Positions 1 through 15,731 of a stretch of 64,000 nt of DNA are shown one piece after another; the stretch's first letter is position 1, and the number at the start of each line of letters is the position of its first letter. A program made the position numbers and the translations under genes. The DNA comes from the human T2T-CHM13v2.0 reference genome, Homo sapiens: assembly GCF_009914755.1 (NCBI RefSeq), contig NC_060948.1; one strand, written 5' to 3'. The notes below the pieces were generated by a model. That model saw only the letters and a list, made by a program, of their open reading frames with translations, did not search any database and was not told where the DNA came from.

Positions 1-380
1 TGAGTTTCATTTCTCAGCCCAACTTTCCATATTTAGAAGTACGTACCAACATTTATGAACAAAGTCAACATCCACCAGAAATAATATTAAATAAAGCTTA
101 CAGTTTTGGAACATGACAATAATACACACAGACCTCACTCACCAATTCTTAATCGGCAGAAACAAACACTTGCATTTAAACTCTTCTAAAATGTCAAATT
201 AGCATGTCTTCTTCTTAATGTAAGGTTTAAATAAGCTTGATTCAATCTGCTTTTATTAAAATACCTATGGAAACCTGTATTTAATTGCTGAGAAAAGTTA
301 ATTGTGTGCTGTATTCAAAGATAAAATATTTTTACTGTATAGCCAAATACAGTTGTATGTTTTCTTTTAAAAATTAATTT

Positions 381-812
381 AAGATGGATTAAAGACCTAA
401 ATATTAGACCTAGAACCATAAAAACCCTAGAAGAAAACCTAGGCAATACCATTCATGACATAGGCATGGGCGAAGACTTCACGTCTAAAACACCAAAAGC
501 AATGGCAACAAAAGCGAAAATTAACAAATGGGATCTAATTAAACTAAAGAGCTTCTGCACAGCAAAATAAACTACCATCAGAGTGAAGAGGCAACCTACA
601 GAATGGGAGAAAAATTTTTCAATCTACTCATCTGACAAAGGGCTAATATCCAGAATCTACAAATAACTCAAACAAATTCACAAGAAAAAAACAACCCCAT
701 GAAAAAGTGGGCAAAGGATATGAACAGACACTTCTCAAAAGAAGACATTTATGCAGCCAACAGACACATGGAAAAATACTCATCATCACTGGACATCAGA
801 GAAATGCAATTA
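381..812 (+). mobile_element. L1PA internal fragment (3' part of ORF2), no 3'UTR
   Basis: AAGATGGATTAAAGACCTAA...AAAACCCTAGAAGAAAACCTAGGCAATACC...AGAGAAATGCAA matches primate L1 ORF2. ORF 699..953 begins [20 protein letters not shown]. Confidence 0.9.
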
Positions 813-814
813 AA

Positions 815-3330
815 AAAGCTTGGCATTAGAGTAGTTAATACATCACAGTTACACTGTTATAATATTCTGTGTTTTTCTGTTTACTTACAATTATCACTGA
901 ACTTTGTACCATCAGGTGATTATTTTTTGCTAATTAATTTTTTTTCTAGTTAAAGTACTCCCTTTAGCATTTCTTGTAGGACAGATCTGGTATTGATAAA
1001 GTTCCTCAGCTTTTGCTTCCATGAAAAGTCTTTGTCTCTCTTTTATATTTAAATAATATTTTCATCAGATTATTTTATTCTAAAAGTTATTTTCTTTCTC
1101 CAAAACTATAAATATGTCATGTCACTTTTTCCTGACCTGTAAAGTTTCTACTAAAAATTCTGCTGCCAAATGTATTGGGTCTTCATTTTACACTCTTTGT
1201 TTCTTTGCTCTTGCTACTTTTAGAATTCTTTATTTATCCCATCCTTTTTTTTTTCTTCAACACTTTAAATATATCATGTCACTCTTTCCTGGCCTGAAAG
1301 GTTTTCAGTAAAAAGTCTGCTGTGAAATATACAGGGTCTTCATTGCATGCTGTTTGTTCCCTTGTTCTTGTTACTTTTAGAATTTTTTTTTTTTTTTTTT
1401 TTTTTTTAATTCTAGCCCTCAATGCCTCAAGATAGCCTTCTTTGGGTTGAAACTGCTTTGTGTTCCACAACTTTCTTATACTTGGGTGTTGATACCTTTC
1501 TCTAGGCCTTGGATGTTCTCTGTTATCACTTGGAATAACTCATAACCCCTTTTTCTATATCTTCCTTAATGCCAGTATCTCTTAGAATAGCCTTTTTGAG
1601 GTTATTTTTAAAATATATTTTTGGCATGCTTTATTTTTTATTTTATTGACTTATCTGTGTATTTTGAATTAGCCTGTTTTCAAGCTCACTTCCTTTTCCT
1701 TCTGTTTGATCAATTAATCTGTAAAAAAACTCGATGCATTTTTAAGATATCAATTGCATTTTTTAGCTTCAGAATTTTGACTTGATTTTTAAAAACATTT
1801 TAATGTCTGTTAAATTTATCTGATGAAATTTTGATATTCCTCTCTGTGTTATCATAAATTTCTTTGAGTTTCCTTAACACTTTTTTTTTTTTTAATTTTC
1901 TGTCTGAAAAGCCACATGTCTTTGTTTCTCCAGGATTGGTTTCTAGTAGTTTAGTTGGTTAATTTGTTTAGAACATGTTTTCCTAGGTGGTATGGATTCT
2001 AGTAGACGTTCTTCAGCTTCTGGATATTGATGAACTAAGTATCTTGTGTAGTCTTTACTCTCTAGATTTACTCATAGCCATTATCCTGTGGACACATCAG
2101 ATATTTGAAAGACTTTGGGTGTTACTATCCAAACTGAATCTGCTTTATGGGACACCCCAATCTCAGTAACAGTGTTGTTCTTGTAGCCTTATAGAGATAC
2201 TTTTCTGATGGTCTTCAAAAAGATCTGAAATAATTCTCTGGACTGAAGAGACTCTTATTTCTCTCTTACTTTCTCCCAAATGTAAGAATCTTCCTCTCTG
2301 TTATGAGCCACCTATAGCTGGGGGTTGAGTCACACAGTAACCCCTGTGGCCACCATAACTATGACTACACTGTTTCAGACCTTCAATCATCACAATGCTG
2401 GATCTCAGCCATGGTCTGCTATAATCTCTTTCTGTCTATTGCCTATATTCACTCAAGGGCTCAGGGCTTTATTAGCATCAGGTGTCAAAGAATCCAGGCC
2501 CATTCATTTAGGGTAGCAAGATTTCCCAAGCCCCAGATGGGTTCAGAAGTGCCATCAGCAATTAGGGACTAGTGTCATAAAACGTAGATGTCTACTTTGT
2601 TTTTTATTGTATTGTGGCTGAGCCAGCATGCAAACCACATAATGCAGTCTTTCCCTCTCTTTCCTCTTCTTTACAAAGGGAGAGAAACCTCACCCTGTAG
2701 TCAGCACCAAACCAGACCAAGACGTGTACTGCCTGACTACTGCTGATGTTATATGAAGGCCCAAGGTTCCTTAAGGCAGTTTGTTACAAATACTACCTGG
2801 TCTGGAACTCACCTTTCAGGGAAGCTGGGTTCTGTCTAGCTCAACGCAGGTTCAGCAATATCATTGTTAAGTAAAATCCTGTAACTGGGGACCTTGATTT
2901 TCTTCTTGGTGCTCTACACTACTGTGGCTCTGCTGCTACTTAAGTTTCAAGTCAAAGTTTCCCTTACTTTTTTCCTCTGCTTTTCTAAAGCAGGAGTTTT
3001 AGCCACATAGACACAACAGCTGGTTACTTGAAGAGGATCACAGAAAGACAAAAATTCTGTTTTATCCAGCTTCTCGATCTTGTAACAGGGCATTGCTGCT
3101 GCTTATTCAGAGCCCATGGGGTTGTGGTCCTGTAAATTTCAGGTGGTATAGGTGATTCATGACATTCTTTAAAATCTCTGTATGGCCTTTTTTTCAGTGA
3201 TATGAAATTACACTAGGCACTTTTGGCGCTCATTTATTTTTGTTTCTTATGAATGGGCAGATAGTTGTCAACCTTGTGTTTTTGCAGTGGAGGGATTATC
3301 AATGGACCATTCTATTCTGCCAGCTTAATC
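815..3330 (-). mobile_element. Old L1 (L1M/L1PB-type) ORF1 and 5' region, antisense, degraded
   Basis: CTCCCTTTAGCATTTCTTGTAGGACAGATCTGG...TTCCTCAGCTTTTGC resembles antisense L1 ORF1, followed by more GC-rich 5'UTR-like sequence. Confidence 0.6.
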
Positions 3331-3339
3331 TGCCCTTCC

Positions 3340-4040
3340 CATTTAATTTCTTTTGAGTGTGTAGCAGCCAATGTGATTGCTGAGTTTATTGATAGTTTTG
3401 TTTTCAGTTACTTGAGAAATCTTTAGACTACTTTCTTAGTAGCTGCCTTAATTTCCACTTCCACCATCAGTGCCTGTTTTATTATTACTGTCAGAATATT
3501 TGTTATCTTCTAATATTTTTCTGATTTTTCGATAGTAGCCATTCTAATTCGTGTGAGGTGGTATCTAATTTTGGTTTTTATATTTCTTATAGACACCACA
3601 AAAACCAGATATTCAGGTAGCCAGAGTGGATCCTTCCCTCCAAGTGCCTCCAAGTGAGCACACTACCTCCCCAGAAATGGTAAACTGGTTTAAATTTTCT
3701 GAAATGGCACATGTATAATTAACTATCTGAGTGTCAAATAAGCTACTTGAGATTAAGAAAAATTTTAACATTTAATCCAAGAATTTCAAGTCATATGATA
3801 AAATAATTCTTAGGCAGAAAGATAAAGATTCCATTTTAAGAAAGATCCAAATTGAGCTCATTGAGACAAAAATGTACAAGCATCACATAATACAATCAGA
3901 GTTAATAACAAGATAAAAGACTAAGCTAAGCAAATAATTTCAGAGCAGGTAATTCAAATCAGTAAAATTTGACAAAAATTAAAATGGAAACACATCAGGA
4001 AATGAAAACTTCTTATTAATGAGGGATTATGTACAACAAT
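3340..4040. mobile_element. Degraded L1 fragments in both orientations
   Basis: Antisense 3' ORF2 motif ATAGTAGCCATTCTAATTCGTGTGAGGTGGTATCT near 3535, then A-rich ORF1-like sense sequence. Confidence 0.5.
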
Positions 4041-6245
4041 GAAATCCATGACTTACAAACATAGTTGTTCTCAACATAACAATTATGCATTATCTATCAA
4101 TGACATTAAGTAAAGACTATGTAAAAAAATTTCAAAATCTCCCAGAGCTACTTCTCAATTCTATAGTGAAATAAATTCTTTCTTTATACTCTGATAGATA
4201 CCACTGTGAGTTTAATAAAGGGTTATCAACAAATAAAAAACCAACAAAGATGTATCATGAAAAAAATACGATGAACAGATATGCTTTCTTTCAGCTACCT
4301 GACAGTTTCTGTAAGCAAATATTTGGTAGGTGCCTCACTTCAAAATTATGTTGCCTTAAAAATGTAAGAAGATTTCTTTGTTGTTGTAGCTGGAGACAAT
4401 TAGGTAACACAAATTGTCACCCTACATAACAGGGAAAATACACCTAAACTTTGTGGGAGATGCGTTCTTGTAAATTCCTCTTAATTTAAAACTTATTGTA
4501 GTTTATCTGAAAAATATGTATATTCAAATAATTTCCTATAATTAACTACTGGTAAAATGAATTAATTTTTTTCTTTTTAATCTTAATAATGTGTTGCCAG
4601 AGTTGTGTATTCTAATTTGTAACTTATTTAATGATAAAATTATTTTCCTGATACACTATTATTTGAGAGACATTTTTGAATCAGTGGGAGGTTATAACAA
4701 AAATTTATCTTACCAATGGTAGCCTAACTTCAGAAATAACTGCTTTCTGCATACAAGTTTTAGTCTGTTCTCACACTGCTTACAAAGACATACCTGAGAT
4801 TGGGTAATTTATAAAAAAAAAAAAAATTTAATGGACTCACAGTTTTACTTGGTCAGAGAGAACTCACAATTATGGCAGAAGGTGAAAGGCATGTATTACT
4901 TGGTGGTGGGCAAGAGAGAATAAGTGCCAAGCAAAAAGAAAAATCCATTATAAAACCATCAGATGTCATGAGACTTATTCACTACCATGAAAACTGTATG
5001 GGGAAATCGCCCTCATGATTCAGTTGTCTCCCACCAGGAACCTCCCATAACGCATGGGAATTGTGGGAGCTAAAGCTGAAGCTGAGATTTGGGTGGAGAC
5101 AAAGCCAAAGCATATTGTTTCAGCCCCGGCTCCTCCCAAATCTCATGTCTTCACTTACAAAACAAATCATGTCTTAACTTATTTCAGGATTAACTCAAAA
5201 GTCCACAGTCGACAAATTTTCATATGAGACAAGGACAGTCTCTTCCACTATGCACCTGTAAAATCAAAAGCAAGACAGCTACTTCCTAGACAAACTGGTG
5301 GTACAAAAAGTAGATAAATACAACTATTTCAAATGAAAGAAATTGGGAAAAACAAAGGAACTACTGTATACATACAAGTTCAAAATCCAGCAAGGCAGTG
5401 AAATCTTATAGTTTCAATATGATTTCCTTTGAGTCCATGTCTCAATTTCAAGGCATTCCAATGCAAGAGGCCAATTTCCATGGTTTGGGGCAACTCTGCC
5501 CTCATGGCTTTGCAGGATACAGCCTCCAGCCCAGCTGCTTTCATAGGCTGCCATTAAGTATCTGTGGATTATCTTGGCACATGGTGCAAAATGTTGGTGG
5601 GTTTACCATTCCGGAGTAGGGAGAATGGTGACCCTTTTTCCACAGCTCCATTAGGCTGTGTCCCAGTGGGGACTGTGTGTGCTGAGGGCTTCAAGTCCAC
5701 ATTTCCTGTGTGTACTGTCCTAGCAGAGGCTGTCAGTGAGGGCTTTTCCCTGCATCAAACGTCTTCCTGGGCATCCAAGCATTTCTATTTATCGTTTAAA
5801 ATCTAGGCAGAGTATCCCAAACCTCAATTATTGACTCCTCTGCCCAATACCACATGGAAGATGCCAAGGCTTGGAGGTTGAACCCTCTAAAGCAAGAGTC
5901 TGGGCTACATCATAGCCCCTTTTATTGATGGATAGAGTGGCTGAGATGCAGGGAACTGTGTACCTAGGCTACACAGAGCAAGGAAGTACTGCATCTTGCC
6001 CACAACCTTATTTCTTCCTCCTAGGCCTCAAGGCCTGTGATGCAAGTAGCTGGCATAAAGACTTCTGCTACGCCATGACCTGGAGACATTTTTTTGAATT
6101 GTCTTGGTGATTAATATTTGGATCTTCATTACTTATGCAAATTTCTGCAGCTGGCTTAAACTCCTTCTCAGAAATTTTTTTTCTTTTTTTTATAGTCAAA
6201 AATTTTAATGAAGGAATTGGAGCAATTCAGTGGAGAAAGACAAAT

Positions 6246-9190
<2,945 letters not shown>

Positions 9191-9615
9191 AATTTTTTTT
9201 TCTATTGCATCATCAGGCTGAAAATTTTCCAAATTTGTATGTTCTGTTTTATTTTAAAAGGGAATTTAACAACACCCAAGTCACAGTTTGAATTAACTGC
9301 TGCTTAGACATTTTTTTCAGCCAGATATTCTAAATCATCTTTCTCAAGTTCAAAATTCCAAAAATTGCTAGGGCAGAGGCAAAATGCCACCAATCTTTTT
9401 GCTAAAATATAACAACAGTCATTTTTACCTGATTTCTCAAAAAGTTCCTCATCACCATCTGAGGCCACCACAGCCTTGATTTTACAGTCCATATCATTAT
9501 AAATATTTTGGTCAAGCCATAAACAAGTCTCTAGGAATTTCCAAATTTTTGCACATCATGTCTTCTGAGCCCTCAAAGTATTTAGGGAGTTCCAAACTTT
9601 TTCACATTTTCTTAT

Positions 9616-9838
9616 CCTTCTCCTCCTCCTCCTTTCCTCCTCATCATCATTCTTCTGCTGCTGCTGCTTCTTCTACTGCTTCTACTTCTGCTTCTTCTGC
9701 TTATTCTTCTCCTCCTCCTGCTTCTCCTTCTTATTCCTCTTTTCCTTCCTCTTCCTCCCCTTCTTCTTTTTCTTCTTCCTATTCCTCTCCTTCCTCTTCC
9801 TCTCCTCCTCCTCCTCTTTCTTTCTCCTCCTCCTCCTT

Positions 9839-9869
<31 letters not shown>

Positions 9870-9935
9870 TTCTTATTCTTATTCTTATTCTTATTCTTAT
9901 TCTTATTCTTCATCATTGTCATCATTGTCATCTTC
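9616..9935. repeat. Compound pyrimidine-rich microsatellite including (CTT)11 at 9836-9868 and (ATTCTT)7 at 9869-9910
   Basis: Read directly from the sequence. Confidence 0.95.
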
Positions 9936-10111
9936 CCCCAAACTATTGCAACTTTGGACTCTTACCCATTTCCAAAGTCACATTTACTTTTTAGTTACCT
10001 TTACAAAGCAGCACTTCAATACTTGTACCAATTTACCATATTAATGTCTGTTCTCAAACTGCTGATACACACTTACCCAGAACAGGGTGATTTATATAAA
10101 GAAAGAGGTTT

Positions 10112-10390
10112 GGCCTGGCATGCTGGGTCACACCTGTAATTCCATCACTTTGGGTGGTCGAGGTGGGCAGGTCATGAGGTCAAGAGATCAAGACCATCCT
10201 GGCTAACACGGCAAAACCCGTCTCTACTAAAAATATAAAAAATTAGCCAGGTGTGGTGGTGGGTGCCTGTAGTCCCAGCTACTTGGGAGGCTGAGGCAGG
10301 AGAATGGTGTGAACCCAGGAGGCAGAGCTTGCAGTGAGCTGAGATCATGCCATGCACTCCAGCCTTTGGACAGAGCAAGACTCCACCTCA
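10112..10390 (+). mobile_element. Alu (old AluY/Sc-like) inserted in a THE1 LTR
   Basis: Full dimer with CTGGCTAACACGG and GAATGGTGTGAACCC..GAGCTTGCAGT. TSD-like AAAGAAAGAGGTTT / AGAGAAAGAAGTTT. Confidence 0.93.
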
Positions 10391-10399
10391 AAAGAAAGT

Positions 10400-10402
<3 letters not shown>

Positions 10403-10431
<29 letters not shown>

Positions 10432-10449
10432 AAGAGAGAAAGAGAGAAA

Positions 10450-10520
<71 letters not shown>
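10403..10520 (+). repeat. (AAAG)4(AGAG)3 N18 (AAAG)18 tetranucleotide STR in the Alu tail; matches the recalled structure of Y-STR DYS630
   Basis: Structure counted directly. The marker name comes from memory of the published motif. Confidence 0.75.
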
Positions 10521-10521
<1 letters not shown>

Positions 10522-11088
10522 GAAAGAAGTTTATGGAACTCACAGCTTTCCATGGCTGGGAAGTCCTCACAATCTTGGTAGAAGGAAAAAGGCAGTTCTT
10601 ACATGGCAGCAGTCAATAGATAAAGGGAACCAAGTGTAAAAGCTTTTTTTCTTATAATACCATCAGATATAGTGAAACTTATTCACTACCACAAGAACAG
10701 TATGGGGACAACCACCCCCCTGATTCAATTATCCTTTGTTGGGTCCCTCCAAAATCACAAGGAAATTTAGGAGCTACAATTCAAGATGAGATTTGGGTGG
10801 GGACATATCCAAACCATATCAATGAACAAAAGCTTTGGTTGAGGTGAAATCTCCTGTAAGAGATACATTGATCTAGAACTACAAGGTATCAAAAAATAGA
10901 AAAATATGACATCAGCTACACTGTATTCCTTGCAATACTAAATGATAGATTTCTCAAATCTATAACATTTGATTGTCACTTTATCTGCAGACAGAAATTT
11001 TAACCAGAAAAACTAAGTAAAATGATATTAGATAGACTGATTTCAACCTAATAGTATTGTGTCTTTATGAGTACAAAAGAATAAAACT

Positions 11089-11836
11089 CAGTGGGAGGGG
11101 CTGAGATGACCAAATAGAAATGTCTTCAATCTGCAGCTCCCATTAAGAGAAAGGTAAACAGTGAGTGAATTCTTCATTTTCAGCTGTAGTACATAGATTC
11201 TTTCATTGGGACTGACTAGACATTGTGAGAAATCCAGAGAGAGCAAGGAAAAGCTGAGTGGGTGACAGTCCATCCAGAAGCTGCACGGGACAAAAGGACT
11301 CCCTCTCTTAAACAAAGGAGGTCATGAGGGATTGTGCTATCCACCCGGGAAACTATGTATTTTCCACAGACTTTGCAATCCATGGATTAGGAGATTCCCT
11401 TCTCGGCCCACACCACAAGGGCCTTGGGTCCTCAGCATAAACTTGTGAAGATTCATGGTAGCCACTTAAGTCAGTAGTGACTTGGGGAGCTCCCAAAAGC
11501 ACAGTGAGACAGGAGATCCATACTTCCTTGGAAAGGGGGATAAAGCCAGAAATCCAAGTGGCCTCAGTCACTGGGTCCCATGGAAACTCACTACCTAAGA
11601 TCTGCTGGCTTGGAATGCCCACTGGACAGAAGAGCAGCCTGGATTCTGCCTAATATGACCAAGTTTCTGAGGAGAAAGTTGATAGCCATTACTGTGCTCT
11701 AGTTGGTGGTTTTTCTCTGCAAGTGCTAGAGAATCTGGATGATTTAAACTGGACCGAATTCACCATTGTGCAGCACAGCAGCTGGGGAAAATCAAGGGCA
11801 GACTTTTTCTTTATTTGGAACCCAGATTTATCCTTC
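11089..11836 (+). mobile_element. Old L1PA (roughly L1PA11-16-type) 5'UTR, left half
   Basis: GGGAGGGGCTGAGATGACCAAATAGAAA...CTGCAGCTCCC...TCATTGGGACTGACTAG. It resumes at ~17961 after the ERV. Confidence 0.7.
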
Positions 11837-14800
11837 TAGAATCAGTTAGTTAACTTGTCTTAGGTAGATAGCAAAAAAGGTCCCCAGAGGGACCCCAGCC
11901 TACAAGTTAGTGCCTCATCCCTACATAACACACAAAGCAGCCTGTTAAAAAAAAAAAAAAAATCAACCCACAGGCACCAATAAAGAAACTAGCACATGTG
12001 TTGAGCCTCAAGACATGCCCACAGCTGCACAGATGAAAGAACATCTTCCCCCTTTGAGTAAAAACTGGAGAAAACCTCCAGATCACTCAGATAAGAGGAC
12101 TAGACCTGACATGGAAATGTCTTTGTCCTTTTATAGTCGACAAGCTCCTAGGAAATTGTTTCTCTTCCTTCTGTGGGCATGGGCACAGTGGGCTTTGGTG
12201 GGTTCTGGTGGGCACTTTTATTTTCTTTTTTTGAACTGCTAGCATAGCCTCTATGAATCATTATTACAGCCCCAGATTAGTTGCAGATGAAGATTAGTTG
12301 TAGACCACAAGCTCTCCAAGACAGCCCACAGGCTGAGCTCATTTCTTCCCCTTTCCAGTCCATAAACCCCTCAGAACTGACTTCATATTTGGTGCCTTTT
12401 CTGGGCCTCCCTCTCTGCTGGCAGAGAACTATCTTTTGCTTATTAAACTTTTGCTGCAACCTCATCTTTGTGTCTATATTCCTTAATTATCTTAGAGATA
12501 AGACATAGAACTCTGGATATTATCTCAGACAATCAGAGACACATCTTGGTGCACTGGTGAGACTGCATTATATTTTGGTACATTGATGAGGAGGAAAGAA
12601 ATTCATCCAAAATGTGAATAACAGTGGACCTTTAACTTTGCAACTATTTACTTTCATTTCTGAGCTTCTTGTCTATTCGAATCCAGTTTTCTTTCATGGT
12701 GGGCCAACCTGTTGTGCAGGATTGAAAGAAACTCCCAGGGCAACTACAAATTTCTGGCTGAAATTACACCTCAGTGTTATCTGAAGGTCACTGGACTAAC
12801 TCCAGTCCACAATAACTTATCAGCAAAAGGAGCACTAGTCTTTTTCTATCACTTTTTTTTATTCTCATGGCTATCATGCCTCATGTGCCTTCTTTGTATG
12901 CAAAGTTGTGGTTGTTTACGTAACCTAAATATATAATCTTTCTGGGTAGTTAGTCAGTGTCTTAGTAATCAGTAATGGAATTTAAAGAGTTGTTTTTATG
13001 ATTTTTTGGGAAGAGGGGGAGTTCAAGATTTCAGTCTAAATTTCTACTTAATAAGGATGCTTCTATCCCTTAATAATAGATATTCATGGCACCATATGGA
13101 AAGATATTTCACCCCAGGTGATTTGCCTCATCTCTATTTTGGTTTTAATATAGTTGTTCAGCATTGTCCAATGAATTTAAACAGCTCATTTATATGACAA
13201 ATTAATTTTCTTTTGCTGGGGGCAATGCTATGCAGACAGCCTATCAAACTCCAGATGTTTCATTCTAACTTTTGCTTTAAAAAATTCTGGATCAGAGTTT
13301 TACATAACATTTTTAACCCTACGGCTTCATCTAGTGGAATGGGGTTTATTTTCTGAATGGGTATTTTTTCAGTCCTCTTCCCCAAACCTCTAGTTTCTCA
13401 ATTATTTTTTTCTTCCATATTCACCTACCAGTGAAAAGGCCCAATATTCCATATGTAGACAAAAATCCCTCCACTTTCAAAAGCTGAGAGGAAGCCATTC
13501 TGATAAGACAAGTCTTAGCTGAAATACTGTTCCCATCAAAGGAGGGGCAGCCATTTAATTTTTATGCTCTGTGAGCCAGGGGTTCTTCATTCAACTACAT
13601 TGGGATTTAAACAAAAAAGAAATTATATGTTTCAAAGTTAATTAGTTCAATTCTGTGAAATTTTGATTTTTCACTGGAGCCATAGCAAAGGAAACCAGAG
13701 ATGATGTTAGAATACTCCCTCTGTTAATTAGTCTTGGCTAAGTTCTACTACTACATAATCTCTCCCACATCTCTGGGAGTATTTTGGAAGGTTGAGGCCG
13801 AATAGGTCTAGGAATCCAGCAGAGTGGAGAGTTGAGTCTTCTACAGAAGAGCATGACTAGTCCTGCCTACTAACATCTGTAGATCCATGGGTGAAATCAT
13901 GCTTGCATACGTGTGGTGGCACTTATGACCGTTGCTAGGATCCAGTGGAAAGGAGAAAGGGAATGCCCTTTCTCTGGTTCCATCTACCCTGAGTCACACT
14001 AAAAGGAGGAATGATACTAAGGGACACCTTTTCTTTCCCTCTTTTCTTAATGGTAACAAACAATCTGTAATCCTTTCTCCTCTCCTGGCATGCATTCCAA
14101 ATAACTATAACACCTTTAACCCTGAGGCTCTGAAAAGAAAATGACTTTTCTATTGCACAAGGGCCTTGTTACCATCTTGGGGATGAAAAAAAATCTGGCT
14201 TTCTGAGGAAAGCCTTGATTCCTATACTCTTCAACAACCAGATCTTTTCTATTGGTGGGAGGACAAATAAACTGAGATTCCCTAGATACAATCTTTCTTT
14301 GCCCTGTGAAACAACCCAAATCTTGGTAAATGTTGTAAAGTTGACCCTACCCTCTTTGCAGCCAGGTCAGTGAAGCCTACAAAGTATGGTTCCCCAAAAT
14401 CATAGAAAAAAATTCTGTATTTTACAAAACAGACTGGAAGGAGGACCAGGAGAAGGAGAGAAAATATAAGAAGGTAATGGAGGCTCTAGTGGCTGCATTA
14501 TAGGCTTATAAAATCATGAACCCTGAAGTGCATTTATCAATTGTACCAATGTGGCAAAGCAAAACACTCTAAAAGGGATTGACCACAGAGCATGGCGAAG
14601 CCATCTCAACCCTGTCCAGCATTTAATGGAGGCTGCTGGAAGTCAAACTCTCTCCAAACATGTAGGTAACCAGGTCAAGAGCCAGTTTTTCAGATGGTCC
14701 AGCAGGACTGACAGGGCCCTGCGCTCAATTCATCAGCTTCAGTGGCTCAAATTGCCATCACTATCCAGGAGCTTTGGGTATGAGGAAGGAAGATAGGCTT

Positions 14801-15239
14801 CCTTCTAGAAACCAGAGCTAGCCTCTCTGTTCTCTTCCCCATTCTAGGCCTTCTCTCCTCCTATAACATGACTATGGTAGGCATCTTGAAAAAGTCTTTA
14901 ACCCAATACATTTTTTACAGCCTTTGTGTTGTACATGGCAGGACTTTCCATCTACTCATGCTTCTTAAATTATGCCTGAAAGTCCCACCTCTTTGCTAGG
15001 AATGGATATTCTAGTCTCTATGGGACCCTCCATTCTTATGGCTCAAGGACAGAGTCTCTATCTTCCCTTAGTGAAAATCAACATTAACCCAGAGGTGTGA
15101 GCAGGTTAGGAAAAGTTGACCAGGCTACAACTGCTATATCATTCCAGATTCACCCTAAGGATTCCACCTTGTTTGCTAACCAGAAGCAGTATCCCCTAAA
15201 GCCAGAAGCTAGGGAAGAACTAGAAACTATCATTAATAA

Positions 15240-15710
<471 letters not shown>

Positions 15711-15731
15711 CATATTGGTTTCCAATCCTTA

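Noticed and set aside
4040-4750. AT-rich unassigned stretch with scattered splice-like motifs
   Set aside because: No convincing paired sites or recognisable reading frame; expected by chance at this composition.
9525-9612. Duplicated TAGG(A/G)A(T/G)TTCCAAA..TTT.CACAT unit
   Set aside because: As I recall, this duplication is part of some THE1 internal consensuses rather than locus-specific.
9549-10139. 196-aa Ser/Pro/Phe-rich ORF
   Set aside because: It is open only because it crosses a stop-free CT-rich microsatellite inside THE1-int.
10227-10639. Overlapping KERK- and SFFL-repeat ORFs
   Set aside because: Translations of the AAAG array and the Alu.
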